A stretch of 64,000 nucleotides of DNA, from IMG/VR virus record IMGVR_UViG_3300031521_000029, positions 38,171 to 102,170 of that record. One strand, written 5' to 3'. Made by a program: the position numbers and the translations under genes. Origin of the DNA: a virus. Below are positions 18,254 to 27,735 of the stretch, piece by piece. How positions within the stretch are numbered: position 1 is the stretch's first letter; each line of letters starts with the position of its first letter. The notes under the pieces are model-generated. The model was not told the origin of the DNA. It searched no databases and saw only the letters and a program-made list of their open reading frames with translations.

Positions 18254-20989
18254 TTAAAAATTAAAAAAGTTCGTGGCAGTAGCTACGGATGGATTTGGAA
18301 ATGACCAATGTAACACGTTATAAAAATCCTCCAATTTACTTTTCAATTCATTTTCAAACATTTGTTTTCTATCAACATATGTGTTAATAAATTCCAAAAG
18401 TTCATCTGCGTCGTTACCATCTCCCTTAAACGCTATAGCATCAAGACCATATCCATTTTTTTGTAAATATACCCATTTGATTTTACTACCATGATGAATA
18501 GGTTCACATGTCTTTTCAAGACCCAGATTTAAAATCAAATCGTTATAAGCTAAGGCAGCTTTTGCTTGCGCCGGACTCTTATGTTCAAAATGAAATGGCC
18601 GTCTATTTTCAGGATTGTAATTCTTACTTCCATCCTGACTTACAAATTTCACAGAAGTATTTTTAGCAATTTCAATTACTGGCAAAGTTTTTACTTCTTC
18701 TTGTTCTTTTAAAATCATTTCATCTATGATTGACTTTGGTGTATCAGTCAATAATTTTCTTAAAAATAAATCCATGAACTTACGAAAAGCGGCCGGGAAT
18801 GAAGTTCTAACAACGTCAATACCCTTTACTTCCAATTCAGGCTTGGCAAGCAACGCACCTTCCTTATGAATAACCCATTGAGCATATCTCTTCTTTGCCA
18901 ACCAAAAAGACGTTTTACTAATAACTTCCTGTTTAGCATCAAACGTATGTTTGCATATATTAAAGAATCGACTAGCCATTATATCATAGAACTTGTTAAC
19001 GTAAGTCTGAACTTCCGTCGTTACACTCATAATGGCTTTAGTCATTTCATCATCATTATTAAAGTCAATATCCGGAAACCTTTTTTTGATAATAGGAACG
19101 GCATCAACAAAACAAGAATCAGTATCAATGTAAATTACCCAATCTCCTTCTTCGACTTCCAAAGCGTCCTTATAATAAATATTGATAGCCTTGGACGTAG
19201 TTTGAATGATATCTACACCCGACATGGTTACAGCTTCTGCGTTATCAACATCATAGAAACGAAATATTGGAAGACCCAATACACCGTAAAACGAGTTAAG
19301 CAAAATCTTTTGAACTTGTTGTCTTTGATTGTAGAAATTATACTTTTCAACGTTGCCCTCCTTTTTGAAGGCAGCCGCCTTCTTTCTCATATCTTTACGT
19401 TGTTGAAACCACAATTGAAGCAATGTAGGTACAACTCCTGGCTTATCCGTGCGATATAAAACCCCGTTGGAACTTAAACTATAATTAGCCTCAGTTATCA
19501 GGGATTTAAACTCGTCTTTTTTGTATTGTACGGTTCCTAGATGATAGTTTTCCAATTTTTCACGAACATGATACTCCATGTCAAATTCACGACATCGTCT
19601 TTGTATGTATTCCTCTTTACCTTCATCATTTGACCAAAGACGTTGTTTCATTTCCGTTTCCATTTCATCTATTTCTTTCAGAATCTCACGACGTTTTTCT
19701 ACTTTACAATCATCGTTATATTCTGCCTTTATGACCTTACCAACCTTTGTTTCAGGAGAAATATTTAAAGAAATTATAATATTTGGATACATGGAGGTCA
19801 AATCCAAATCGAAAACCCAATTGTATTTGCCTGGAACAGGCTGTTTAACAAAAGCTCCTGAAAATCCTTCCTCTCCGTCTTCCATGCTTTCTTCGTATTC
19901 TTCACGGCCGCCAGCAGGTTTGTTTGGTGCGATAACGTTATTCCTATGAAGATACATCAATGATGCGCCATCAAGATACCTTGCAGGCATATGAAAACTC
20001 TCATACGGAACGTGGCCAACATGACAAATGGTTCTATAAAGGTCAATCAACTTTAACTTAACGTCAATCGCAACAACAATCTTTACGTCAGTAATGTTAT
20101 ACTCCAAGAACTTTTTAATATCTGATTTATACAAATCATTCAAGTTTCCATGATATTGAACCTTACCAAATCCAACAACCTTCTTTCCGATTGGCCCCAA
20201 AGCCCATGTAGGTTCCATTTTGCCGGCCAAGAATTTCTTGTACAAAAGAATATAATCCATTACCGAAATACCGGCTATGGTTAATTTTTTATTGAAGGCG
20301 TTAATATAACAGTAACCTATCGGAGAAAGACATTTAGCCGCCTTTGCGGTCAAACAATGTTTTATACGATTGTAGAGATATGGCATATCGAAGAAATCCA
20401 CATTCCAACCGGTAACAATTGTAAATGCACATTCTTGCCATTTGTCCATGAAACTCATCAACATATCGTCTTCATTGTCATAAGGCAATGTTACTATTTT
20501 AATTGGCTTCGTCTCTTCTTCCGTTTGTGTTTTCCAATCCAAGGGTAGCCAAGGAGCGACTTCTGTTTCATTCTTTTCAACCTTACCATCCTTATCAAGA
20601 ACAAAAACAAAACAAGTTCTCGTTACACAATCATAAAGAGATATACTTGTGATTGGTTGTTCTGCCAATTCTGGCGTTGAGAACCCACCTTCGGTTGAAA
20701 TTTCTATATCAATGACTCCGACCTTATTACCTTTTGAAGGTTCATCCGAATCAGGATAATAATCCAATAACACACGCATTTCTGGTGAAACGTCAGATTC
20801 AAATAAGTCCGGGTCTTTATCGTTATAATTCGTAACTCTAACTAATTCGTCACCATAAAGCGATTTAAAATTTCCACCCACATGACGTTTGTAAGCATAT
20901 TTTTCATATGGAAATGTTCTAAGACCTTTTTCGTCATCCCACAAATGAACGGTGTTATCCTTTCGACTGATGTAAATATTTTGATACAT
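18254..20989 (-). CDS. Family B DNA polymerase (T4 gp43-like)
   Basis: DIE (ExoI), GWNVDFFD, YNITD, DLTSMYP, KILLNSFYG, YIDTDS, KKRY. Confidence 0.97.
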   Translation of the reverse strand: MYQNIYISRKDNTVHLWDDEKGLRTFPYEKYAYKRHVGGNFKSLYGDELVRVTNYNDKDPDLFESDVSPEMRVLLDYYPDSDEPSKGNKVGVIDIEISTEGGFSTPELAEQPITSISLYDCVTRTCFVFVLDKDGKVEKNETEVAPWLPLDWKTQTEEETKPIKIVTLPYDNEDDMLMSFMDKWQECAFTIVTGWNVDFFDMPYLYNRIKHCLTAKAAKCLSPIGYCYINAFNKKLTIAGISVMDYILLYKKFLAGKMEPTWALGPIGKKVVGFGKVQYHGNLNDLYKSDIKKFLEYNITDVKIVVAIDVKLKLIDLYRTICHVGHVPYESFHMPARYLDGASLMYLHRNNVIAPNKPAGGREEYEESMEDGEEGFSGAFVKQPVPGKYNWVFDLDLTSMYPNIIISLNISPETKVGKVIKAEYNDDCKVEKRREILKEIDEMETEMKQRLWSNDEGKEEYIQRRCREFDMEYHVREKLENYHLGTVQYKKDEFKSLITEANYSLSSNGVLYRTDKPGVVPTLLQLWFQQRKDMRKKAAAFKKEGNVEKYNFYNQRQQVQKILLNSFYGVLGLPIFRFYDVDNAEAVTMSGVDIIQTTSKAINIYYKDALEVEEGDWVIYIDTDSCFVDAVPIIKKRFPDIDFNNDDEMTKAIMSVTTEVQTYVNKFYDIMASRFFNICKHTFDAKQEVISKTSFWLAKKRYAQWVIHKEGALLAKPELEVKGIDVVRTSFPAAFRKFMDLFLRKLLTDTPKSIIDEMILKEQEEVKTLPVIEIAKNTSVKFVSQDGSKNYNPENRRPFHFEHKSPAQAKAALAYNDLILNLGLEKTCEPIHHGSKIKWVYLQKNGYGLDAIAFKGDGNDADELLEFINTYVDRKQMFENELKSKLEDFYNVLHWSFPNPSVATATNFFNF

Positions 20990-20995
20990 TTTTTA

Positions 20996-21337
20996 TTATT
21001 CCACGTTTATAATTTCCAATTCCTCATAATCAAACAAAGGAAAATCGACACACCAAAAGCATCCTTTATGTGAAATTACACGACCTTCAGCAACCATTTC
21101 CTCTTTTGTAATGTTAGCATATTTCAATTTTAATTTACCCCCAGAACATCTTAACATATCACCTTCATAAATTTCATGTCCATTCTTATCCTCAAGACCT
21201 GTATATTGTTCAATGACCTTTCCTAAGCCTGCGATATAGCATTCATTTGGAGAACAATTCAATAACATCATATCTAATCGTGGTTCGACGGAATATTTTG
21301 TTCCATTCCAAACTCTAAACTTTAATTTTTGTCCCAT
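20996..21337 (-). CDS. YopX-family protein
   Basis: LKFRVW...QYTGLEDKNGHEIYEGD. Confidence 0.85.
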   Translation of the reverse strand: MGQKLKFRVWNGTKYSVEPRLDMMLLNCSPNECYIAGLGKVIEQYTGLEDKNGHEIYEGDMLRCSGGKLKLKYANITKEEMVAEGRVISHKGCFWCVDFPLFDYEELEIINVE

Positions 21338-21338
21338 A

Positions 21339-21671
21339 TTATTTTAAATATTCTATAATTTCTTTTTGTAAAGATACTAAATCTTCTCCATTATTAAAAA
21401 AAATATCTACCGTATGACTTAAATTCTGACATGTTAATTCATCAATATCATTTATACTATAAGAAAATTTCTTGGAACCATCCGTATTATGATATTCCCC
21501 ATTAACATCTATCATACCGCCCTCAATAAAAATACTTCCGTCTTTATTGAATTTACAAATAAGTTGATGATTTATATGTTTAAATGATTCATATGAAAAT
21601 CTCCAAACGAATTCAATAAATTCAGAATTGAAACTCTGACTGTGTAAGTTTTGTATTTGTGGAATGTTCAT
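21339..21671 (-). CDS. Hypothetical protein
   Basis: 110-aa ORF in operon. Confidence 0.6.
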   Translation of the reverse strand: MNIPQIQNLHSQSFNSEFIEFVWRFSYESFKHINHQLICKFNKDGSIFIEGGMIDVNGEYHNTDGSKKFSYSINDIDELTCQNLSHTVDIFFNNGEDLVSLQKEIIEYLK

Positions 21672-21921
21672 AATCTTCTCTTTCCTGTGTTGGCGATTTA
21701 TTTAACTTCGTCATCAGACTTTTGAAAACTTCTTGTCCTTCATCTGTAAGATTTGGTTGGTGTTGTTCTAATTTCCAAATTATTGCTTCATGTTTTAACC
21801 AAGGAAGTTCTTTCAATCCTATCTCAATCTTTGGAGATTGAACCGGTTCTAATATGTTAGTTACATAAAGAAGAAGAGACAGTTCTTGTTCCGTTAATAA
21901 TTCAGTTTGACCAATTCTCAT
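21622..21921 (-). CDS. Hypothetical protein
   Basis: 99 aa; first gene after a sigma70-like promoter. Confidence 0.65.
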   Translation of the reverse strand: MRIGQTELLTEQELSLLLYVTNILEPVQSPKIEIGLKELPWLKHEAIIWKLEQHQPNLTDEGQEVFKSLMTKLNKSPTQEREDYEHSTNTKLTQSEFQF

Positions 21922-21927
21922 CTACCG

Positions 21928-21955
21928 ATTATATCAATCAAGAAAGAGAAGTCAA
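21928..21955 (-). promoter_or_regulatory. Sigma70-like promoter for the DNA polymerase operon
   Basis: TTGACT-16nt-TATAAT with TGn, 6 nt before ATG. Confidence 0.75.
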
Positions 21956-22656
21956 TTTATAACAACACCAACAGTTTTACCGTCAATTCTTATAAACATG
22001 ATAGAATTTTTTAAATTTGTAACTTCTTTAGATTCAACGGTTAAATTATTAATTACAGACTGTTTTACTTTATCTGTATAAAAGGATACCTTAGAATCTA
22101 AAATACCATTATTATCATTTTGAATCGCTATGACCGCATATCCTGTCGGCGTAGTTGATGTACTTCTACTATTGTTACTGGAAGATTTTAAAGACCCGTC
22201 AATAGTAAACACAATTACTTTATTATCTATAACCTGAAAATAAAACGTACCTTTAGATAACTCGTGGTCAGTAAATGGCGTTGAAATAACACATGAAGAA
22301 TTTTCATCTCCGCCATTATAAGTTACAATGATTGTTCCTTTATTTAATGTTCCAACAAAATTATGAGTTGATGGTTTTAACTTTTCAGGTGTAGAATTCG
22401 TATTTAATATATTTTGAAAAAAGGTGTTAACAGTAAAATCTGTATTTGTATTTACTTTGACAATTAACTCGTTCGAAAAATACAGAACACTGGACGCATT
22501 TGTCGGAGTTATTTCATGAATAGATTTATCTATCTCCACGGTTTTTCCTTTTTCACAATATACTCCGTTTGTATATACTTCGGATGCAACTATTTCGCCA
22601 GGTTGAAATGATGCTATTAATATATTAATAACCAACAGTTTTAAAGTTCTAATCAT
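21952..22656 (-). CDS. Secreted FecR-like beta-domain protein
   Basis: N-terminal hydrophobic signal; SSVLYFSNELIVKVNTNT, LNKGTI, VISTP..., GTFYFQV pattern. Confidence 0.5.
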   Translation of the reverse strand: MIRTLKLLVINILIASFQPGEIVASEVYTNGVYCEKGKTVEIDKSIHEITPTNASSVLYFSNELIVKVNTNTDFTVNTFFQNILNTNSTPEKLKPSTHNFVGTLNKGTIIVTYNGGDENSSCVISTPFTDHELSKGTFYFQVIDNKVIVFTIDGSLKSSSNNSRSTSTTPTGYAVIAIQNDNNGILDSKVSFYTDKVKQSVINNLTVESKEVTNLKNSIMFIRIDGKTVGVVIN

Positions 22657-22719
22657 ATGACCATTCTATATTATTCTACGTGTTTAACAAGATATTATAT
22701 CCTTTGGGTATATAAATAT

Positions 22720-22748
22720 TTGACAATCGTGGTTAACACTGATAAAGT
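22720..22748 (+). promoter_or_regulatory. Sigma70-like promoter
   Basis: TTGACA-17nt-TAAAGT with TGn, 7 nt before ATG 22756. Confidence 0.7.
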
Positions 22749-22755
22749 CATTCAC

Positions 22756-23679
22756 ATGGCAAAAAATTCTACACCGAAGGGCGATAAACGACGAGTTTCA
22801 TATTCACAATTCTCCAACTGGTTCAAATGCAGACATCGTTGGTATCTTGACCACGTCAAAGGTTTACGTGAATTTGAAGACAGTGTAAGTACGTGTTTTG
22901 GAACTGCAATGCATGAAGCCGTTCAACTTTATATTGAAACGTTATATAAGAAATCTGCGACAGAAGCAGATACTCACGATTTGAATGCCATTTTTCTGTC
23001 TGCGTTTGACCGAGAATTGGCAGGCAAAGAAAAAGGAAAGGGCGTAGAAATTACTCCGGAAGTTCATAAGGAGTATGTTGAAGATGCGGCAAACATAATT
23101 TCCACATTCACCAACATGAGCAATAGAATCAAACATTTCCCATCGGGAAAATATGAATTTATTGGTGTAGAAGATGAAATTATTATGCCCATCAAACAAA
23201 ACATAGAATTTGTTTGTTACATCGATTTGATTTTAAAAGAAAAAGCCACAGGCAGATATCGTATCATCGATATTAAGACCTCAACAAGCGGATGGAATCA
23301 TTATCAACGGGATGATGAATCCAAAGTAGCTCAAATTCTACTGTACAAAGCATTCTTTAGTAGGAAATACAACGTTGACATTGATATGATTGACGTGGAA
23401 TTTTTCATCTTGAGAAGAAAACTATGGGAGAACTATGCCTTTCCACAAAGTCGTATTCAGACGTTTATTCCTAAAAATAATCAACCACAAGTCGCAAGAG
23501 CATTAAACGTATTTGCCGACTTCGTTACCGAGTGTTTTACCTCAGAAGGTAAATTTGTTGAAGACACTACCGTATATCTAAAGAATCCAGGAAAAGCTAA
23601 GAAGAATTGTAAATATTGTCCACACAAGGGGAAAAATTGTGATGCTAAATCAGATATTCCAAAAGATGAAGAAGACTAA
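22756..23679 (+). CDS. PD-(D/E)XK RecB/Cas4-like exonuclease
   Basis: VSYSQ...C, FGTAMHE, YIDL, IIDIKT, Q..LY, NCKYCPH..C; likely start MAKN at 22756. Confidence 0.85.
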   Translation: MAKNSTPKGDKRRVSYSQFSNWFKCRHRWYLDHVKGLREFEDSVSTCFGTAMHEAVQLYIETLYKKSATEADTHDLNAIFLSAFDRELAGKEKGKGVEITPEVHKEYVEDAANIISTFTNMSNRIKHFPSGKYEFIGVEDEIIMPIKQNIEFVCYIDLILKEKATGRYRIIDIKTSTSGWNHYQRDDESKVAQILLYKAFFSRKYNVDIDMIDVEFFILRRKLWENYAFPQSRIQTFIPKNNQPQVARALNVFADFVTECFTSEGKFVEDTTVYLKNPGKAKKNCKYCPHKGKNCDAKSDIPKDEED

Positions 23680-23698
23680 ATTACGATAATTTACTATC

Positions 23699-23731
23699 AA
23701 AACCAATGTATAATAATACATTGGTTTTTTT
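23699..23731 (+). terminator. Intrinsic terminator
   Basis: AAAACCAATGTAT-AATA-ATACATTGGTTTT followed by a T-run. Confidence 0.8.
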
Positions 23732-23820
23732 ATTTCAATAAATCATGGCGTTTGGAGTTCATGAAAATTATTTAATTAACGTTAACACATTTGTACATCT
23801 AAATGTAATAACGTCGATAT

Positions 23821-24024
23821 ATGAAAACAAAAATAGCAACTACTGTAAAGATTGAAAAAGAACTCTATGATTCTTTTAAGATTCTAGGTATTCAAAACAA
23901 TCTTACCCTCCAAACGTTCGTGGATAAATGTGTTCATCTTTATGTAGATGATACCTCATTTCGTTCATTGATAAACAACTTCGTCGTTCCTATTCTGAGT
24001 ACATCAGGTTCATTCAATTCTTAA
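23821..24024 (+). CDS. Ribbon-helix-helix DNA-binding protein
   Basis: ATTVKIEKELYDSFKILGIQNNLTLQTFVDKCVHLY. Confidence 0.65.
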   Translation: MKTKIATTVKIEKELYDSFKILGIQNNLTLQTFVDKCVHLYVDDTSFRSLINNFVVPILSTSGSFNS

Positions 24025-24029
24025 AAATT

Positions 24030-24593
24030 ATGGCAATCGTTCTACCAACACCAAAAGATAGAAACGTGTTATTCAATAAACAAGTAACACAGGAAAGTAT
24101 CGGCGAATTGTCAAAACAAATCATCGAAATTAATCATGACGATGAATATATTTCTGAATTGAATAAATTACACGGATACACGTATACACCAAAACCAATC
24201 AAACTATACATAGATTCTTATGGCGGAGCTGTTTATCAGTGTTTTGGTTTGCTTGGGTTAATTGAAAAGTCAAAAACACCGATTCATACTATTGTAACAG
24301 GATGCGCAATGAGTTGTGGATTTTTAATGTCAATTTCAGGCCATAAGAGATTTGCCTATAATAAATCAACTTTACTATATCATCAAATTAGTGGTGTGGA
24401 ATATGGTAAAATGAAAGATATCGAAGAAGGTATAATTGAAATGAGACATCTACAAAAACTCGTTGAGCAACATACCATAAACCACACAAAAATAAGTCGT
24501 GAAAAATTGAAACAAGTATACAAAGAAAAAATTGACTGGTTTATCACGGCTAAGGAAGCATTGAAACTAGGCGTAATTGATGAAATAATTTAA
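24030..24593 (+). CDS. clpP: Second ClpP-like protease
   Basis: IDSYGG, CAMSCG, LLYHQ, DWFITAKEALKLGVIDEII. Confidence 0.88.
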   Translation: MAIVLPTPKDRNVLFNKQVTQESIGELSKQIIEINHDDEYISELNKLHGYTYTPKPIKLYIDSYGGAVYQCFGLLGLIEKSKTPIHTIVTGCAMSCGFLMSISGHKRFAYNKSTLLYHQISGVEYGKMKDIEEGIIEMRHLQKLVEQHTINHTKISREKLKQVYKEKIDWFITAKEALKLGVIDEII

Positions 24594-24598
24594 AAACT

Positions 24599-25162
24599 AT
24601 GAAAAAGAAAATATTGTTATTGAGTGATGATTTGAGAATGCATAGCGGCGTGGCCACTATGTCACGTGAACTTGTCTTGGGTACTTTGGCCAATTATGAT
24701 TGGGTTCAAGTTGCAGGCGCAATTCAACACCCCGACAAGGGTAAGGTGATTAACATGGACGCAGCTTCAGCCCAGATTTCAGGAGTTAAAGATGCAAAAG
24801 TAACTTTGTATCCTGTGGATGGTTACGGAAACGAAGAACTTATCTTCAACATTATGGAAAGAGAAAAGCCAGATGCCATTCTACATTTTACAGACCCAAG
24901 GTTTTGGGGATGGTTGTATGCTATTGAACGTCAAATTAGAGCAAAAGTTCCACTTTGTTACCTTACAATTTGGGATGATATCCCGTATCCAATGTATAAT
25001 CGACCATACTATGAATCATGTGATTTATTAATGGGAATTAGTAAACAAACTATGAATATTAACAAGTGGGTATTAGGAACCGATAAGTGTTTTATATTGG
25101 ATGGAGAGTTTGATAAAGATGGAAAATTGATTCCGACTATCAACTTGAATAAAAATGAATAA
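24599..25162 (+). CDS. GT4 glycosyltransferase, N-terminal half (split gene)
   Basis: KILLLSDDLRMHSGVATMSRE, EKPDAILHFTDPR, IWDD, CDLLMGISK; stops before the C-terminal Rossmann domain. Confidence 0.8.
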   Translation: MKKKILLLSDDLRMHSGVATMSRELVLGTLANYDWVQVAGAIQHPDKGKVINMDAASAQISGVKDAKVTLYPVDGYGNEELIFNIMEREKPDAILHFTDPRFWGWLYAIERQIRAKVPLCYLTIWDDIPYPMYNRPYYESCDLLMGISKQTMNINKWVLGTDKCFILDGEFDKDGKLIPTINLNKNE

Positions 25163-25201
25163 TTTTTAATCGGATTTATTCATTCTATACTACTTATTGT
25201 T

Positions 25202-25864
25202 ATGGATAAAATCATTCTAAAACATAGACCTGATTTATGGGTTAAAGTTTGTAATTGTGGAAATATAACACAATATAAAACTTATGGTTCTTATACCGCA
25301 AATAAGCATAGAAATTCTCCATGTAAAGAATGTCGGTATAAATCACATTCCAAAAAATTATCAGGAAGAAAACGAAATGTATTTTCAGATAAATGGAGAA
25401 AAAATATGGCAATCGCCCACAAAAATTCGGCTGTGTGGAAACAATCCATGAATACTACCGAATATAAAGAAATACATCGTCAAAAGATGTTACGAATTAT
25501 AAAAGAAAATAAACTAAGTGTAGCATACAATCAAAAAGCCTGTGAAGTGTTTAATTACCTAAATAAAAAATTAAATTGGAATGGGTTACACGCAAAAAAT
25601 GGAAAAGAACAAGTTATTAATGTTTTTTATTTAGATTATTATGAACCAACTCTAAATTTAACAATTGAATGGGATGAAAAACATCATAAAAAGGCAAAAC
25701 AAAAACAACGTGACGGATTCAAACAAAAAATTATAACAGAACAAATTAATTGTGAATTTTATCGTGTTGATGATATAACTAAATTAGTAAAAAAAGTCGA
25801 CCACAATTCAATAGATAGAACACACAAACTTCAACAAGTTATAAATGAGTATTATGAAAATTAA
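25202..25864 (+). CDS. Homing endonuclease (Zn ribbon + NUMOD3-like + Vsr/EDxHD-like nuclease)
   Basis: CNC...CKEC; YNQKAC...HAKNGKE...LDYYE...IEWDEKHH. Confidence 0.75.
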   Translation: MDKIILKHRPDLWVKVCNCGNITQYKTYGSYTANKHRNSPCKECRYKSHSKKLSGRKRNVFSDKWRKNMAIAHKNSAVWKQSMNTTEYKEIHRQKMLRIIKENKLSVAYNQKACEVFNYLNKKLNWNGLHAKNGKEQVINVFYLDYYEPTLNLTIEWDEKHHKKAKQKQRDGFKQKIITEQINCEFYRVDDITKLVKKVDHNSIDRTHKLQQVINEYYEN

Positions 25865-26132
25865 AAATAAAGAACGAAGAGTAATAAATATTGACAAAAA
25901 AGATTTTGATGTTATCAAATTATATTGTGAATTAAGTGACTTTAATATGTCAAAATGGTTAGTATCATTAGCATTTCAACACATTCTTTTAGAACAACAA
26001 CAAATAGAAGAAAAAAATTACACTTCAGAAAAATTGCCAAACATGGAAGAAATTATTAAAAAAAGATTTGGTTCGGTAGAATTTAAAGAATATATAAAAT
26101 ACGTAAACAAAAAAATAAGAGGAGAAATATAA
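25854..26132 (+). CDS. RHH-like small DNA-binding protein
   Basis: RRVINIDKKDFDVIKLYCELSDFNMSKWLVSLA; overlaps the endonuclease stop. Confidence 0.6.
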   Translation: MKIKNKERRVINIDKKDFDVIKLYCELSDFNMSKWLVSLAFQHILLEQQQIEEKNYTSEKLPNMEEIIKKRFGSVEFKEYIKYVNKKIRGEI

Positions 26133-26134
26133 TT

Positions 26135-27124
26135 ATGGCATTCGATATAAATGGAAAAATAACAGAAAAGACATTACTTCATCTTGTTCCACATGGAATT
26201 AACTCAACGATGTTTCATCCAATTCCATCTGATGATGCTGTATTAAAACGTAAACGTAAAGATATCTTTGGAGAAAAGGATTATAAGTTCGTTCTATTCT
26301 ATAATTCAAGAAACGTTCAAAGAAAGAGAACCAGCAACATCATTTTGGCCTATAAAGCATTTTGTGATAATTTGTCAAAAGAAGATGCTGATAAATGTGT
26401 ATTGGTATTACATACCGAAGTTCGTCAAGACGCAGGTACGGATTTGTTGGCCGTAAAAGAAGCATTTTGTCCAGAATATAACGTTTTCTTTTCAACCCAA
26501 AAGTTGACACCAGAAGACATGAATATAATGTATAACATTGCCGATGTTACTATCAATCTTTCATCTAATGAAGGATTTGGATTATCTACCGCAGAGTCTT
26601 TAATGGCTGGAACACCAATCATCGTGGCTGTCACCGGAGGTCTTCAAGACCAAATCGGACAAGTTAAAGATGACGGTTCTCCAATTGAGTTTGGACTACA
26701 CTTTGGTTCAAACAACGTCGGCAAATACAAGAAACATGGTGTGTGGGCATATCCTATATATCCAGAAGTTAGATGTGTTCAAGGTTCGATTCCAACTCCA
26801 TACATTTTTGATGACATGACTCGTTGGGAAGATGCGGCCGAAGGTATGATGTATTGGTATCTTGCCGGAGCTGATAAACGTGAACTGTTTGGTATGAAAG
26901 GTCGTCAATGGGCATTGAACGATGGTGGAATCAATGCTGAAAATATGTGTAATCAATTTGTTAAGTGTATGGATTATACATTAGCGAATTTCAAGCCCGT
27001 AAAAACGTTTGGTATTTTTACAGAAAAAGATTATGTTGGAAATTTGATGCCGGGTGGTATGGGTTTTGAAATTCCAAAGATTGACCAAGAAAAATTAAAA
27101 CAACAATTGATTGAACAAGTATAA
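26135..27124 (+). CDS. GT4 glycosyltransferase, C-terminal half (split gene)
   Basis: VPHGIN, NSRNVQRK, NEGFGLSTAESLMAGTP, TGGLQDQ; own GGAG RBS. Confidence 0.85.
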   Translation: MAFDINGKITEKTLLHLVPHGINSTMFHPIPSDDAVLKRKRKDIFGEKDYKFVLFYNSRNVQRKRTSNIILAYKAFCDNLSKEDADKCVLVLHTEVRQDAGTDLLAVKEAFCPEYNVFFSTQKLTPEDMNIMYNIADVTINLSSNEGFGLSTAESLMAGTPIIVAVTGGLQDQIGQVKDDGSPIEFGLHFGSNNVGKYKKHGVWAYPIYPEVRCVQGSIPTPYIFDDMTRWEDAAEGMMYWYLAGADKRELFGMKGRQWALNDGGINAENMCNQFVKCMDYTLANFKPVKTFGIFTEKDYVGNLMPGGMGFEIPKIDQEKLKQQLIEQV

Positions 27125-27128
27125 TAAC

Positions 27129-27156
27129 TTGAAAAATTAATCAGTTACAGTATAAT
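27129..27156 (+). promoter_or_regulatory. Sigma70-like promoter
   Basis: TTGAAA-16nt-TATAAT, 9 nt before the dut ATG. Confidence 0.65.
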
Positions 27157-27165
27157 AGGTTTTAT

Positions 27166-27732
27166 ATGAGTCATACATTACAAATAAAAAAACTCAATGA
27201 TTTAGCCGTCATTCCATCAAAAGGAAGTCCTCAATCCGCAGGTTACGACCTTTATTCGACAGAAAAATATACACTAAAACCACTTGAAAGAAAACTGTTT
27301 AAGACGGGTCTATCAATGGCAATTCCAAGTGGAATGTATGGTCGTATTGCTCCTAGAAGTGGACTTGCCTATAAACAAGGCATCGATGTCATGGCGGGAG
27401 TCATCGATGAAGATTATAGAAACGAAGTGGGCGTGGTTTTAATCAATCTTAGCAATGAAGAAGTCGTACTTCCAATTGTTAAAGATGGAAAAGAGACGGC
27501 TATAGCTCAAATTATATTTGAATTCTACAACAACGTAAAAATCGGAGTTGTAGATTCATTGGACGAAACCGAACGGGGACTTGGTGGATTTGGCAGTTCA
27601 GACAAAAAAAAAGTAGAATCTCCGAAAGAAGCCCACAGTCTTATTGAAAAATGGAAGGAATCAGGAGCAGAAAATCCGACGCCTTCAAAATACGAAACTA
27701 TTGTCAGAGAAAGAGAAAAATTAATATCATAA
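27166..27732 (+). CDS. dut: Trimeric dUTPase
   Basis: AGYDL, PRSG, GVIDEDYR, AQ, RGLGGFGSS. Confidence 0.95.
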   Translation: MSHTLQIKKLNDLAVIPSKGSPQSAGYDLYSTEKYTLKPLERKLFKTGLSMAIPSGMYGRIAPRSGLAYKQGIDVMAGVIDEDYRNEVGVVLINLSNEEVVLPIVKDGKETAIAQIIFEFYNNVKIGVVDSLDETERGLGGFGSSDKKKVESPKEAHSLIEKWKESGAENPTPSKYETIVREREKLIS

Positions 27733-27735
27733 ATT

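Larger units (their letters stand above)
25109..26162 (+). mobile_element. Endonuclease+RHH insertion cassette bounded by a degenerate 22-bp direct repeat
   Basis: TTTGATAAAGATGGAAAATTGA (25109-25130) vs TTCGATATAAATGGAAAAATAA (26141-26162): 17/22 identical, 1032 bp apart (in frame). Confidence 0.6.

Noticed and set aside
18866-19949. Long antisense ORFs in the track (e.g. 18866..19459, 19578..19949; also 16434..16805, 59570..60010)
   Set aside because: Shadow frames opposite well-supported genes, with no motifs, promoters or RBS.
22756-23679. CRISPR-Cas locus (Cas4-like gene)
   Set aside because: No repeat-spacer array or other cas genes; stand-alone RecB-like nucleases are common in phages.
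25163-26134. Group I intron or intein in the split GT4 gene
   Set aside because: Only 39 nt and 2 nt of non-coding sequence flank the inserted ORFs, with no visible intron core. Half 1 has a stop, half 2 has its own RBS, and there are no Cys/His-Asn splice motifs.
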